Positions 1 to 11,213 of a stretch of 60,000 nt of DNA are shown here, piece after piece. Origin of the DNA: Amphiscolops sp. MND2022 (lineage: Eukaryota); the NCBI GenBank assembly GCA_964187785.1, contig OZ076409.1, positions 77,068,001-77,128,000 of the forward strand. Reading direction: 5' to 3'. A program made the position numbers and the translations under genes. The notes beneath the pieces were generated by a model. It had not been told where the DNA came from. It saw only the letters and a program-made list of their open reading frames with translations, and searched no databases. Each line of letters opens with the position of its first letter. Within the stretch, counting starts at the first letter, position 1.

Positions 1-2569
1 GAAACCTCTAAATTCTACGTACCAACAACTCTAGTAGAAGACTTCACCAACCTCAACAAACTCTTGGAAAATTCTTGTCAGTTAGCGCTAAAACAACCTC
101 TAAAAGACAAACAACTTATCGTCATGTCCGATGCAAGCTTCACAGCAGCAGGATATGCCATCATGATAGAAGATGACCCCAACCAGAAATTACAATCCAA
201 ACGTAAAACATACGCACCCATTGCGTTTGGATCAAAAACTTTCAACCCAACACAGACGAAAATGTCGATCTATGCAAAAGAATTTCTTTCCATATATTTT
301 GCACTCGTCGAATTTGGACACCTCATGTGGGGGAGCACCTTCCCAATCATCGTGTTCACTGACAATCGATCAGTAACCCGGTTTTTTCAAACGAAAATGA
401 TTCCTCCAGCGCTTTGGAATGCATGCGATTATGTATTACAATACAATTTTGTAATCGCCCTTGTAGCTGGATCGATGAACACAGCCGCCGATTTTTTATC
501 TAGAACCGAAGTTAACCCAATAGGGAAGCTCGAAATGACAATTCGCAACGATATTCACACAAAAGCAATTGAAGTGAATATACATTCAACTGGAATTGTC
601 GAAGAACAACAAATTTACATCCTTCCTGATGAAAAAATTGATGAAAATCAACTTTGGGAAGAAAAACAAAACACTCGCAATCAAGCACAAAACGAAACTC
701 ACAATGACCCAGAGAACGACGTCTCTGAATTACAGCAATTTCACAAACCTACATCCGGATTGATCTCTTGCTCCTCTGGACACTTCAAGGACAATGCGAG
801 GATACGCCTTGAACAGAACAATGACATAGTCCTTCGAAACCTGAGAGCCAAAATAGAAGGCGAACCGTTTGATGAAAATGAATTAGCTTCCGATTTCAGA
901 TATCAACACTACTTACAAAACATAACACGAATCGAGATTAAACACGAAGTTCTCACACGAAAATACTATACAGATACAGGAATGATCTCGCATTATCAAA
1001 TCCTCTTACCAATCCAACTTCTTGAAGAACTACTTCAAGCCCTGCATGGCCATAACTCAAACCATCCAGGAATCACTAAGATGATTCAAGAAGCACGTCA
1101 AAAATATTACTACCCATGTATGGCTAAATACATCAAAAAATGGGTCAGTAATTGTCAGGTTTGCATTCAAACAAAACGCATTAATAATGACCTCCTTAGA
1201 ACTGAACTCCTAAACTGCCCTGAATGGGTTCTTGGTCCGGAAGACATCCTGCAAATGGATATTTTGCCAAACCTCCCCCCAAGTGGAGGTTATGATCATA
1301 TCATCACAGCAATAGATGTCTTCTCAAGATACTTGTTTGCCTATCCTGTGACCCGCATTACTGCTACGGCAGTATCAAAAGTCATCATGGATATATTATG
1401 CAAACACACTTACCTTCCAACAACTATAATCACGGATCTGGGTACTCAATTCAATGCACAAATAACCCACGAAATTGCTGCAGTACTCGGAATTGAACTC
1501 AAACATGCTACAATGAAACATGCGCAAACAATAGGTCTCCTGGAAAGAACTCATGCCTCAGTTAAAACACACCTAAAAGCCGCGACAGGCAAATTTAGGA
1601 ACAACTGGCATAAATATCTTCCTCTGGCAGTCCTTAATCACAATACTACATACCATGCATCACTCGGGTGTGAACCCTCACGAGTTTTTCATGGACGCAT
1701 ACCACACAATATCCTAGACTATAAACTTGGATATAATCCCAATCCAAGATATCAACCGCAAACCGACATAGCAGACGAAACACAAAAGCGCATGAGAATA
1801 CTTCTAGACCAAACTAAGAAGAACATCATGCAATCTTACCTTAAATACAAAGCCTACTATGACCGCAAAGCAAAGGCAGCACCGCTAGAAACGACGGACT
1901 ATTGTTACATTCTGAACCCAAAAGCAGACACACAAGCGACGAAAATCCCGTTCCGAGAATTTAGATGGTGCGGACCGCAAACATAATCCGCAAAAAATCC
2001 TCCCAAACAATAACTACATAGTTAGAAGACTTGGAACTAACAAAACACAACTCCTTCATAGGATTCGTTTGCGCAAATTTACTCCGCAAGCGCCCTTAGC
2101 GGACATTTTTGTCCGTGAAACTGATTGGCAAAAAGATGATCAAATGCCAATAACAAATGATGACTTATACGCACAATCGTGGAACACGAATTTTGGATCT
2201 AGCCCGTTTAACGATGATCCAGTAGAAAATTCACATAATAATGATGATGCTGAATATACTCCGATTCAAATACCAGACGAAAACCGCCCTCCCTCCCCTA
2301 GTTCTTCAAAAAATAGTGGGGGGAGCCCAGTGGAACAGACCACTGAACCTGAAAAAGAAACGAATAATGAAAATTTACAAGAGACCCATGATGATGAAGT
2401 AGAAAACCCACAAAAAGACAGAAATATAACACCCGAAATTGATGCCCAAAATACCCCAGAAATCCCTGAAAATATCCCATCGCAAGAAGAACCCATAAAT
2501 ACCCGTGGTGAGAAATACAACTTACGTCCTAACCCCAACCCAAATTACTCTGACATATTCAGATATTAA
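1..2569 (+). pseudogene. pol: Gypsy pol: RT/RNase H connection, RNase H, integrase zinc finger, rve core and C-terminal tail; one frameshift near 1975-1990
   Basis: RNase H motifs MSDASF, YAKEF, VFTDNRSV, ADFLSR; HHCC finger H..HPGITKM...C..C; core QMDILP, IDVFSRY, TDLGTQF, LLERTH. After WCGP the homology continues in another frame (QKILPNNNYIVRRLGTNKTQLLHRIRLRKF...YNLRPNP, ORF 2069-2569). A CCGCAAA duplication marks the shift. Confidence 0.93.
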
Positions 2570-2796
2570 AAACAATACCTACTTCCAGACTCAAACTATC
2601 ACTAAGAAAACAATTGCAGAGGAAATTTTCCTTAATACTACCCTCCCATCATGTGTAACTTAACACACGCAAGTCTCTCCTTCACTCTGAAGAACGACTT
2701 CATTTCTCGCCCAAATAAATACATGGCGGAAAATTTACAAATCTATCATCAGTTCAAAACAAACATAAATAAACAGTTTGCAAACAGATACAACAA

Positions 2797-5700
2797 TTAG
2801 TTTTTCTTGCTTTTCAATGTCTTGCATCGAACATCTGTTGAACCTCCTTCTTGCTCAGCACTGGAGCAACGGCTGAGGGAGACATTAACCCGACTTAGAG
2901 TAGGGTCTGGCGACGGGGTACTGTTGACACTACTATGTCGGCTAACACTAGGAGTGGTGGTGGTAGAGCTAACAGCAGGCTTCTCCAGCCTTAAAACGGC
3001 CTTACGATATCCCGCTTCCAGTTTGCCGACTAGCGCGGATCTTCGGGAACTGCTCCCTTTGGAAAAATTCCAGATGGAAAACTTCTTGTCAGACAGCAAA
3101 TCAGTCCCTCGTCCTAACAACCGGAAGGCACGACTAATAGCCTTTGAATCTTTAAACAGACTAGAGACATGAGGCACAGTTTGGTAGGAAATTTGCAGGC
3201 TAACAACACAAGAATTAAAAGAGCTCTTATCGGATTCAAGTGTAGGTATTGGTACATCGAATACAGGTGGCACTTCCACCGTCGGTGACAAGCACAAACA
3301 AGAATATCTAAACAGTAACAGAAGTTCCGGCCTCGACTGAATTTCGTAATGAGTAGCTATAAAGGATACCCAATCTTCATACTCAGGAATGTTTTCTGTT
3401 CTCATCTTTGAAACGAATGACCGGTACTGACTAATCACTCTCACCTTCTCAGTAGAAGAAACCATCCCAGCAGCCACAAAGTGGGAAGACAGCTTCTCAA
3501 TAGCTGTGGCGTAAACCTCTTCAGGACTCTCAAAGACTACAGGGGAATCAAATGCGGATAAACCCCTGAGCAAATTAGATTTGACGATCTCGTGGGTCAA
3601 TAACTGCTTACAAAAGGATTTGCAGAAGCTAATTGACTGCGCAATAAATTTACTGGGACGGGATAACTTGCTGGTGAGAACCTAATGATGATAATCTTCG
3701 TTGAGCACAAATTCATCGTTGCTTTTAAAAGGCAAACTAGTAGTATCCAATTCCAGTCCGAGATAAGTATCCCAATCTGAGACGCTACCCAGAATACTAT
3801 CAGGCAGGATACTCTGCAGCTGCGAGTATGCAAACACGGCAAATTGGTTGAATAACCTGAAGCCACTGTCTATCTGTTTTTGAGTCTCTGGGAAGGCTGA
3901 ATTATCTGAAACAACATGAAATATTCAAAAAATGAGTGATTAAATACAATAAAATGATCTTCATGATGAGTCAAACCCTACATCAAGAAGAAATAAGTCA
4001 GATCAGACCATGACTCATGACTGAGCTTATAGTTCGTATTATTCATTGTTATTCTCGCATCAAACAATTGTTACTGCTGGTAACACTGAATACAAGTATT
4101 AGACGTCATCCTACGGTTCGAGGTGAAGCGTATATACGTCACTCTGCAGAATTGCTGAATACATTATACGTCATTAGGCGGTTCGAGGTGTGACGACTAT
4201 GCGTCACTATGCGGAATTGCATAGTGGACTATGCGTCATTATGCGGAATTGCAAGGTGGACTATACGTCACTATGCGGAATTGCAAATTGGTCTATACGT
4301 CACTATGCGGAATCGCACGTTAAGCTGATGCGTCACTTAACAATCAATACAGCGATGTCGTTGATGTGGAAAATAATTGAATAATGCGTTGTAGTTTACC
4401 CACAAGTCAGAATAAATTCAACAACAGATTAATAGGGTATAACAATGAAAATACAAAATGTGGTACGATCTAGCTGTGCAAAAACACTAACTACATATTA
4501 AAAAAGGAGTCTTAAAGGGAATTTATCAAGACATTTCGATACACAACCGAAATTATGGTTCCTAACCCGCCACTAGACAAAATAAACAGTAGTCTGAATG
4601 AAAGGAAAATGACTAACAGTGATCAATAACACATCTGATGATGAATAGTCTGGCCAAGAACGCTGAGTCCAATTGGAAACACTCATCAAGTGTGTTGGGC
4701 TAGAAAAACCTCACAGTTATAACACTATCTTTTGGATAACATGACAAACTGATGGACCCTTGTAGTCACAATCTGATAAAATAATTAAACAATAATAACC
4801 TCTTTCATGTGGAAACGGTAGGCGGGTAACCTTCCAATCTGGGTTAGGTGTTCGGTCACTTGTTCCCAATTATTCGACAAGATCTCTATGAGTTTGGAAG
4901 CTTCATCAAGAGTGTATTCCAAAGAAAGGACGCACTGAAAAAGGTGGCAAAGTTTCAACGAAGATCATGTAAAAGTTGACTATAAAAGTGGTATATACTA
5001 CCTTATGCAATAGAGCCAGACTTTGAAGCCAATCCCGATCCAAGGCTGTGCGAAGCTTCATAAGTAGATAATCCAAAATGCTTCTAAAGTCATGCCTCTC
5101 AATAATCTTGACTGTGGGGCTAACCAAACTGCGCTCGAATTCAGTTGGTCCATACGTCTTCACAATTGAAGCAGTTTTGGCACCGGGCAAAGAAGTAATT
5201 AAACATTCATTGAGATTGTCGCTAAATCCTGTGAGTGCAACGCAAGTTGGTACCGTTTCAAATAAACTCAGGAATGAAGCAACGAGATTGAGATTTCCCG
5301 TGGAAGAAGCATTCCTCTTGGGGCACCTCCGATACAGACGCGGTGCAGAACATTCTCAGACCAAAAATAGAGAATGACATATGGTGCTGTAGCTGTATGT
5401 TGAACCGCGAGTGAATAATAACCAGTTGTAGAAATGGCCTTGACACAGTAATCCATTAATTCCCGGAACATGTAGACGAGAATTTCCTGTAAAAGAAATA
5501 TACAATGATACAAAATTCAATTACTTTACTTCAACGGAGACAAAAAATAGTAATTGCAAGATGAAAGGAAAACAATTGTCAAACTTAATAAGGTAAAGAA
5601 CCTACACGAAAGATTACTTACGAAAAGCCGTTGGGGGCTCCAGTTTTGGCCAGAAATCCAGCTGCTGGAGGTCAACCTCACAAGTTCCTCATATACCCCA

Positions 5701-7091
5701 GTCAGTAGAGAGACACTTCCCCCATGTCTTAGGCCAAATTCCAAGATGCTGATTTGGGAGAACAGCTTCTCCGTAGGGCTCGTAGTTGCACTGAAGTCTG
5801 GAATGGACTCTTGCCCAACGAGAGGTCTCAGCGAATCGAGTTGAGGAGGAACTGGGTAGGAATCCCTCGCTTTCTTCTTGGCGTCTTGTAGCGATGTTCC
5901 CAGGATTTCCTTTTCGTCTTTGTCAAACAGAGGCATGCCGGGGACCTCCATTCGGATCCTATGTTCTCGAACTAAATGAGAATCAGTGCGGTAGTGTGAG
6001 ATAAGTTCCATGCTCCCGCGGCTCATGAGTGACAACTCCACACGACATACCCTGCACCACCATTTGTATGGTGACTTGTCTTTATCCAGAGGCCCTGTCG
6101 CTGAAAATTTGAGTACGGGGTGTCGCTTGAACATACTTCCCGTTAGGGAATATTTAGGTTTTCGGCGCTTCCCTCGCACTGTTGGGGGAGATTGTCCTGC
6201 CTCTTGTTGAACTATTCCCGTACTAACACTCGCCACCATGTCTTCCTGACTAGAAGTAGTTATAAGAGTAGTGGGTGTAATGTCATCAACCACTGCAACG
6301 GACATCGGTTGGTCTAGATTACCTTCTTCTCCAGTGATGAAGGACTGTGGGATTTTGCCCAAAAAATTAGCCAAGAAAAGAACCTCCTGTCTGGTGATAC
6401 TGATATTGGATGAGCTGGATCCAACAACTGGCTCGTTTCCTGCGGTAGCTGGTCTGGTAATACTCCCCCATGAATCTTGTTGACTCATTCCTCCTTCCTG
6501 GACAGGATTACTGGGAATCAAAGGATTGGGTAATGAACCATCAGTCCCAGTGATGAACTGACTAAACCTCGGCGAAAGAATACGGGGTGTTCCAGGGGCG
6601 TCTAAATCCGTAAAAAACTCTTGAGCAAAACTATGGCAATCCTCATCCATGGGTTTCGAAGTAGGAGCTATCTTAAGTTGAGTTGTATCAGGCTCAAGTA
6701 ACGAACTTTCCTCATTACGGAGGGTCTCCTCACGAATTATTGGAGGGTCTTCGGTCAACGCTGGCTCACTGGAGTTTTCTTTTGTAGTTCCTTCGTCAAT
6801 TTGCAAGACAGGTGTGCTGGGCGATTCTTGTGGAAGAGTTCGATTTAAAGTTCGTGGTGTGGCAACTTGTAACGCAGTATAATTTTTGTCCGGGGAACTG
6901 ATAGGAGTAGCTTGAGTTGTTCCTTGTTCAACTGAAACAAGCGTTTTAAACAAGCGTTTGAAAATGAAGTAAACTTTGCAAGTGAAACCTGTTTCAATAC
7001 TTCTAGAAACCGGACGCGGGGACCGGAAGTTAAAAAAGGAACGGAAATCACTTAGAAAGCTGAATAGGAAGCGCTTCAAAAGTTTGAACAT
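2797..7091 (-). pseudogene. Five-exon antisense accessory gene of the retrotransposon, about 1090 aa, BED-type zinc finger, possibly hAT-transposase-derived; exons 7091-5622, 5486-5002, 4934-4800, 4699-4618, 3905-2797
   Basis: All four introns are GT-AG and their phases join in frame (0,0,0,1). Exon 1 contains YKWWCRVCRVELSLMSRGSMELISHYRTDSH. There are two lesions: a 1-nt deletion near 5272 and an in-frame TAG at 3684-3682. Confidence 0.75.
4100..4339 (+). repeat. Array 1: 7 full and 1 partial unit of core TATRCGTCAYTATGCGG plus 15-16 bp variable linker
   Basis: Cores start at 4100, 4133, 4165, 4198, 4230, 4262, 4294 and (partial) 4327. The array lies in intron 4 of the antisense gene. Confidence 0.9.
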
Positions 7092-7714
7092 GGCTTTGAA
7101 AATTATCTAAGCCTTTTCAATTTTGCAGGCCTGGCCAGTCTCGCAAAATCACAAATTCAAAACAAATTTATCAATCTAAAACCAAAAAAAAATGAGTTGG
7201 ACTAACGGGAAGAAAGTTCAGGCAGTTCTTCAGGGTTCCAAAAATCATCACGTCGTAATGGATTGTAATTCTTTCGTGATCTGCGTTTTTCGCTCTGATT
7301 GGCTTCAGAATTCGCATCCATGGTGAGGCAGTCGTACCAAAACAATTGAGAACTCCCACGAGAATTATAAAGGCAAAATAAACCGTAATGAGGAGAATAC
7401 TGTAGTAAACAATGATATAATCAATCTGGGAAGAAACCGGGAAGAGAAAGTTACTGAAAAGCTGACTCTGCAAAGTCTAAAATACTTTACTGAAACTGAG
7501 ACTTAAATGTGACTCTTACGATGAAAATGATCAAGCAGTAAGGCGTGGCGTAATATAGCAAAGAAAGGCAAAAAAGCAAATGAGACAGATTTGCGCAAAT
7601 GTGCAAAACAAATACTGTGATCTGATTGGCTAATTAAATGTCAATCACGTCTGCCAGCGTGATTGATTGACTCATTATACAACACCAACGCATAGATGTT
7701 ATTTTGGTTGAAAG

Positions 7715-7860
7715 TATACGGCAGTATGCGGATTGCAGATGCAAAGTATACGGCAGTATGCGGATTGCGAAAGAAGAATATGCGGCAGTATGCGGATCGA
7801 ATGAAGACGTGTATGCGGCAGTATGCGGATTGTGAAAGAAGAGTATGCGGCAATATGCGG
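7715..7860 (+). repeat. Array 2: 5 units of core TATRCGGCARTATGCGG, period 32-33 bp
   Basis: Cores at 7715, 7747, 7779, 7812 and 7844, between the divergently oriented accessory genes. Confidence 0.9.
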
Positions 7861-8697
7861 TTCTCGCTGCACAACTTTAATAGAATGAATTAATGCAGTT
7901 CGTGATTAGAAACGAACAGATGAAGAAGTATTACATAATACCTTGATGAAAATTAAAACATTCTCAAAAATAAACACGTGTGTTATTGCTGATGCTTAGT
8001 ATACATGATACCTAGTCCTATGCAGAATTTAGCTAATTTAGTGGATTCTGAACTAAAGGGGTCTTTTAGAAGTTTAGGGACAAAAACAATTGAAGTCATT
8101 GAACATCATCTGTTAAATCACCAATCCATTCACCCTTTTAAAATGCGGGATTAGATTTATTACATGTTTTTTACTTAAAATTAGTGTTTGAGCAAAATAT
8201 GTAGTTAAACTAAAGGTGGAATATGTTTCATAACTCTTTTTCATCATTTCATAAAATTAGTCATGTAGAATTAAATAAATTTTCCCCCCCCTAAACTTTT
8301 CAATGGAAGCCGCTATGGAAGTATTTGACTACTTTGATGTCCCGCTGAGTTTTGTTTGTATATCATTTAATTGCCTAGAAGTTGATGTATTTTCTAGTGA
8401 TAAATGATGAATCGTTTAAGTGTTAAACAAAACACCTTTTATGGAAATTGTTTACGAATCATCATAAGTGAGTCTCATGACTTGATGCCTAATAAAACCC
8501 TTATAAAGGAAAAGGAGGAATTCAAAAAGCGTGACTCTCAAATTTTCCGCGGGTTTTGTCAAAAGCAAAAGGAGAAAGATCATCAATCACCATATGGTCT
8601 TTAACAATTCAAAACTCAGTCGCTTTTTGAAATAACTGATAATTTGTTACCTGAAGAAACTCACCCATCGATTTCAATCATAACATTTTCTGACAAA

Positions 8698-9726
8698 ATG
8701 GACAAGTTACAATTTAACTTTGAAGAAGACAGCCTTTATTCACCTCTGTCCCCCGATGTGATCGATATATCCAGTGGTTCCGAAGATGCTTTTTCGATCG
8801 CCCCTGGTAACACCCAGCAACTAGAGGAAAAATTCAGAGTAAACCCGGCAGGAAGTAACTTGATGGCTGCATTTGTCGGGTCATCTCTGGCGACCTTGTA
8901 CCCCAACTCAACTGTGCCCCAAGGGAATCATGAAACTACAGTGGCAGGAGGCTCACAAATAGAAAAGAATCTTATGGAACTGATGAGTGACCCCCAGGAT
9001 GAACCCACAGATTCCCCGGCATCATTCGTCGACAGTGAGTTTGAGGAAAGTAATCTGTTTCCCTGGATGGACAACAGAGGCCCGGCCCAGGACACAAATC
9101 ACTATGGTCGGCCATGCGTTAGAGTAATGCCAGTTCTAAGGGAAAACCAGAACGAGAGTGGAGTTCTGCCGACTCCAATGTTCGAACAAACACTCAATGG
9201 AGGCCCCGATCTACCGGTTATGCAGAACACACTAACAAACGACACCATGGAATATGAGCCACATGATGTTGGAGCTCAGTTGCAAATTCCGGTCTCGAGG
9301 AACATGCAGGGGTTCAGCCTGTCCCCAATGTTGTTCCCGATGCAGATGGCGGACACAGCCCAAGAAATGCACCGAACGCCGTTGATTATGCAGCAAACAG
9401 CGCAGATTGGTTTCCCCTTCAATACAGTTCACAGTTCTAATGTGTTACTAATTCCGGCCAGTGAGAGACAGGGCATCCGACTTCTGCCGACAGTTATGCC
9501 GAATGTGGCGGGGTATTGTGAACTATGCGGCAAATGTTTTGACCAAGTTGCATTGGAGACCCTCGGCCAATACTTGGTTGCCACTGAGTATGAAGGTGAG
9601 ACTGTTAAAGAAAGAACAATAAGGTCAAAAGCCTTCATCCATGGGTTCGAGGCAGCCTTGTTCCTTTTTAAAAATGCGGGACTGTCGCATCCCCCAAGAT
9701 GCGATGGTTCCGCAGTGCAACTCTAG
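8698..9726 (+). CDS. Orphan accessory protein (342 aa from first ATG): acidic/proline-rich N-terminus, C-terminal YCELCGKCF (CxxC) followed by a predicted helical segment
   Basis: Intact ORF 8644-9726 with ATG at 8698, clearly richer in GC than its flanks. No family recognised. Confidence 0.6.
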   Translation: MDKLQFNFEEDSLYSPLSPDVIDISSGSEDAFSIAPGNTQQLEEKFRVNPAGSNLMAAFVGSSLATLYPNSTVPQGNHETTVAGGSQIEKNLMELMSDPQDEPTDSPASFVDSEFEESNLFPWMDNRGPAQDTNHYGRPCVRVMPVLRENQNESGVLPTPMFEQTLNGGPDLPVMQNTLTNDTMEYEPHDVGAQLQIPVSRNMQGFSLSPMLFPMQMADTAQEMHRTPLIMQQTAQIGFPFNTVHSSNVLLIPASERQGIRLLPTVMPNVAGYCELCGKCFDQVALETLGQYLVATEYEGETVKERTIRSKAFIHGFEAALFLFKNAGLSHPPRCDGSAVQL

Positions 9727-10015
9727 AAAGGAACAAGTACTGGAACCTTTTCTATAGACTCGCACAAACTCTAATAAACTCATTGTGAACATGTTTTTGT
9801 ACGTTGCTACTTTCAAAAGGTCATGTAGATATCATTTCTATACTTTGCTTACCATGAAGAAACACCCATTATAGTGCTAATGTACCTTGGATTCCTGATT
9901 AAGAGCCCCTATTTTCATCACAAATCTGATATTTCACCGCTTAATCATATGAACTATAAGTTTCTGATGCATCCAAATCAACTCCGTAATAATTTGTGCT
10001 TTAGCATAGTACTAT

Positions 10016-10195
10016 TATGCGGTACTGTGCGGATCGAGGTGTGACGTAAACTTGTCACCATACGTTTTTGGTAATACCATTATGCGGCATTATACGTTTC
10101 AAGGCGTGATGTATATGCGGCACTAGACGTCTTTTGTAGTAACATTATGCGGCATCCTGCGGATCGAATAGGAATGATTATACGTCATTATGCGG
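10016..10195 (+). repeat. Array 3: 6 units (one degenerate) of the same 17-bp core, period 32-33 bp
   Basis: Cores at 10016, 10049 (degenerate), 10081, 10114, 10146 and 10179. Linker ATCGAGGTGTGACGTA resembles the array 1 linker TTCGAGGTGTGACGAC. Confidence 0.85.
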
Positions 10196-10631
10196 TTTTC
10201 GCAGGACTTATTGAACAACACTAGGACGTGCTTCTAATACTATTTAGAAACCATTTTACTTGTATCTTAACGTTGTTTTAAGATATTTCCAGGGTTCTTT
10301 AGTTTCTTCCCATCAGGTACTTCCCATGATGTCATGTAAATTGTGCTATTTTTGTAACATGACCTCATTTGACATAATTCTATTTTTATGATATTTCCAT
10401 ATGATGACTATAGTAAAAATGAGTGTCATGTTTTTAAATATTTTTCGCTTTTGTAATAAATTGGAAGGATTATTGAATATTTGATCCGCATCTTGAGCAG
10501 TTGCTTTTTGAACGATTGTAAACTTCTCAATTCTCGACTACTATAAACTCTACATCTCTGTTTTCTTCCGTGATAATCAAACTAATTCAAATTCTTCCCC
10601 AAAAGCCAAAATACTTTTCACTTGAGACGAA

Positions 10632-11213
10632 ATGGGGAATAGACGTAACAGGAGATCTAGAAGACTAGAAACCCCTTCCCCAGAGCGAAGTATGGAAAGG
10701 GCTCAAGCTGAAACACCAAACACAGGTAATATTACTTTAACTAATAATAATGTAGTTGTTCAAGAAAATTTAGGTGAAAATAGATTTGGAGAACAACTAG
10801 TTGAACCAAGCCAAATCAGCAACGAGATACAAGCTTGGACCGAAATATTTGAGCAGAAGAACAATGATAGAATAGAGAAAATGAGAGAAGAGATGGACAA
10901 TAAATTAGAAGCGATCTTAAGGGAGGTCAAAACTAACAAAAGCGTGTCAACAGTCACAAATCCGAGGTCAGATACTAATGAAACGCAAGATCCTCAACCA
11001 TCGGGATCCAGAACAATAAGGTCTATAGGAGTTCATGCATCCAACAATGAAAACTCAGAAACTGAAGACGAGGATTTTCCTCTTAGAGCCTCGAAAGCAA
11101 AAGACTTAAAACAACCCGCAAAACCTATATATGGATCAGATGTAGATGTTACAATTCATTCGGATGAAGAATCTGATGCGGAGTCGATAGAGGATTATCA
11201 CAGCATGTTTTAA
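10632..11213 (+). CDS. N-terminal part of a gag-like ORF starting inside the LTR, truncated at the LTR end
   Basis: Basic N-terminus (MGNRRNRRSRR) and coiled-coil segment (IEKMREEMDNKLEAILREVK). The ORF runs to ...EDYH at the CA terminus and stops three codons into flanking DNA. Confidence 0.55.
   Translation: MGNRRNRRSRRLETPSPERSMERAQAETPNTGNITLTNNNVVVQENLGENRFGEQLVEPSQISNEIQAWTEIFEQKNNDRIEKMREEMDNKLEAILREVKTNKSVSTVTNPRSDTNETQDPQPSGSRTIRSIGVHASNNENSETEDEDFPLRASKAKDLKQPAKPIYGSDVDVTIHSDEESDAESIEDYHSMF

Larger units (their letters stand above)
1..11202 (+). mobile_element. Large Ty3/Gypsy LTR retrotransposon, 3' portion (5' part lies outside the window), with long accessory region and 3' LTR
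   Basis: The pol domain order RNase H then integrase is Gypsy-type. The element sequence appears to end at ...GATTATCACA (11202), after which it switches abruptly to a host repeat family. Shared repeat arrays at 4.1, 7.7 and 10.0 kb tie the intervening region together. The 5' LTR is not visible, so extent is inferred. Confidence 0.75.
8224..11202 (+). repeat. Putative 3' LTR (about 3 kb; left boundary tentative)
   Basis: Purine-rich AAAGGTGGAATA directly precedes TGT at 8224 (candidate PPT), and the region ends in ACA at 11202. No second LTR is in the window to confirm it. Confidence 0.4.

Noticed and set aside
2266..6483. Opposite-strand shadow ORFs (2266-2538, 2807-3172, 5554-5844, 6010-6483)
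   Set aside because: They are antisense to better-supported coding frames.
8698..9726. env gene
   Set aside because: No signal peptide, furin site or transmembrane segment is visible.
4100..10195. CRISPR interpretation of the core-plus-variable-linker arrays
   Set aside because: The context is eukaryotic, no cas genes are present, and the linkers are only 15-16 bp and related to one another rather than unique spacers.
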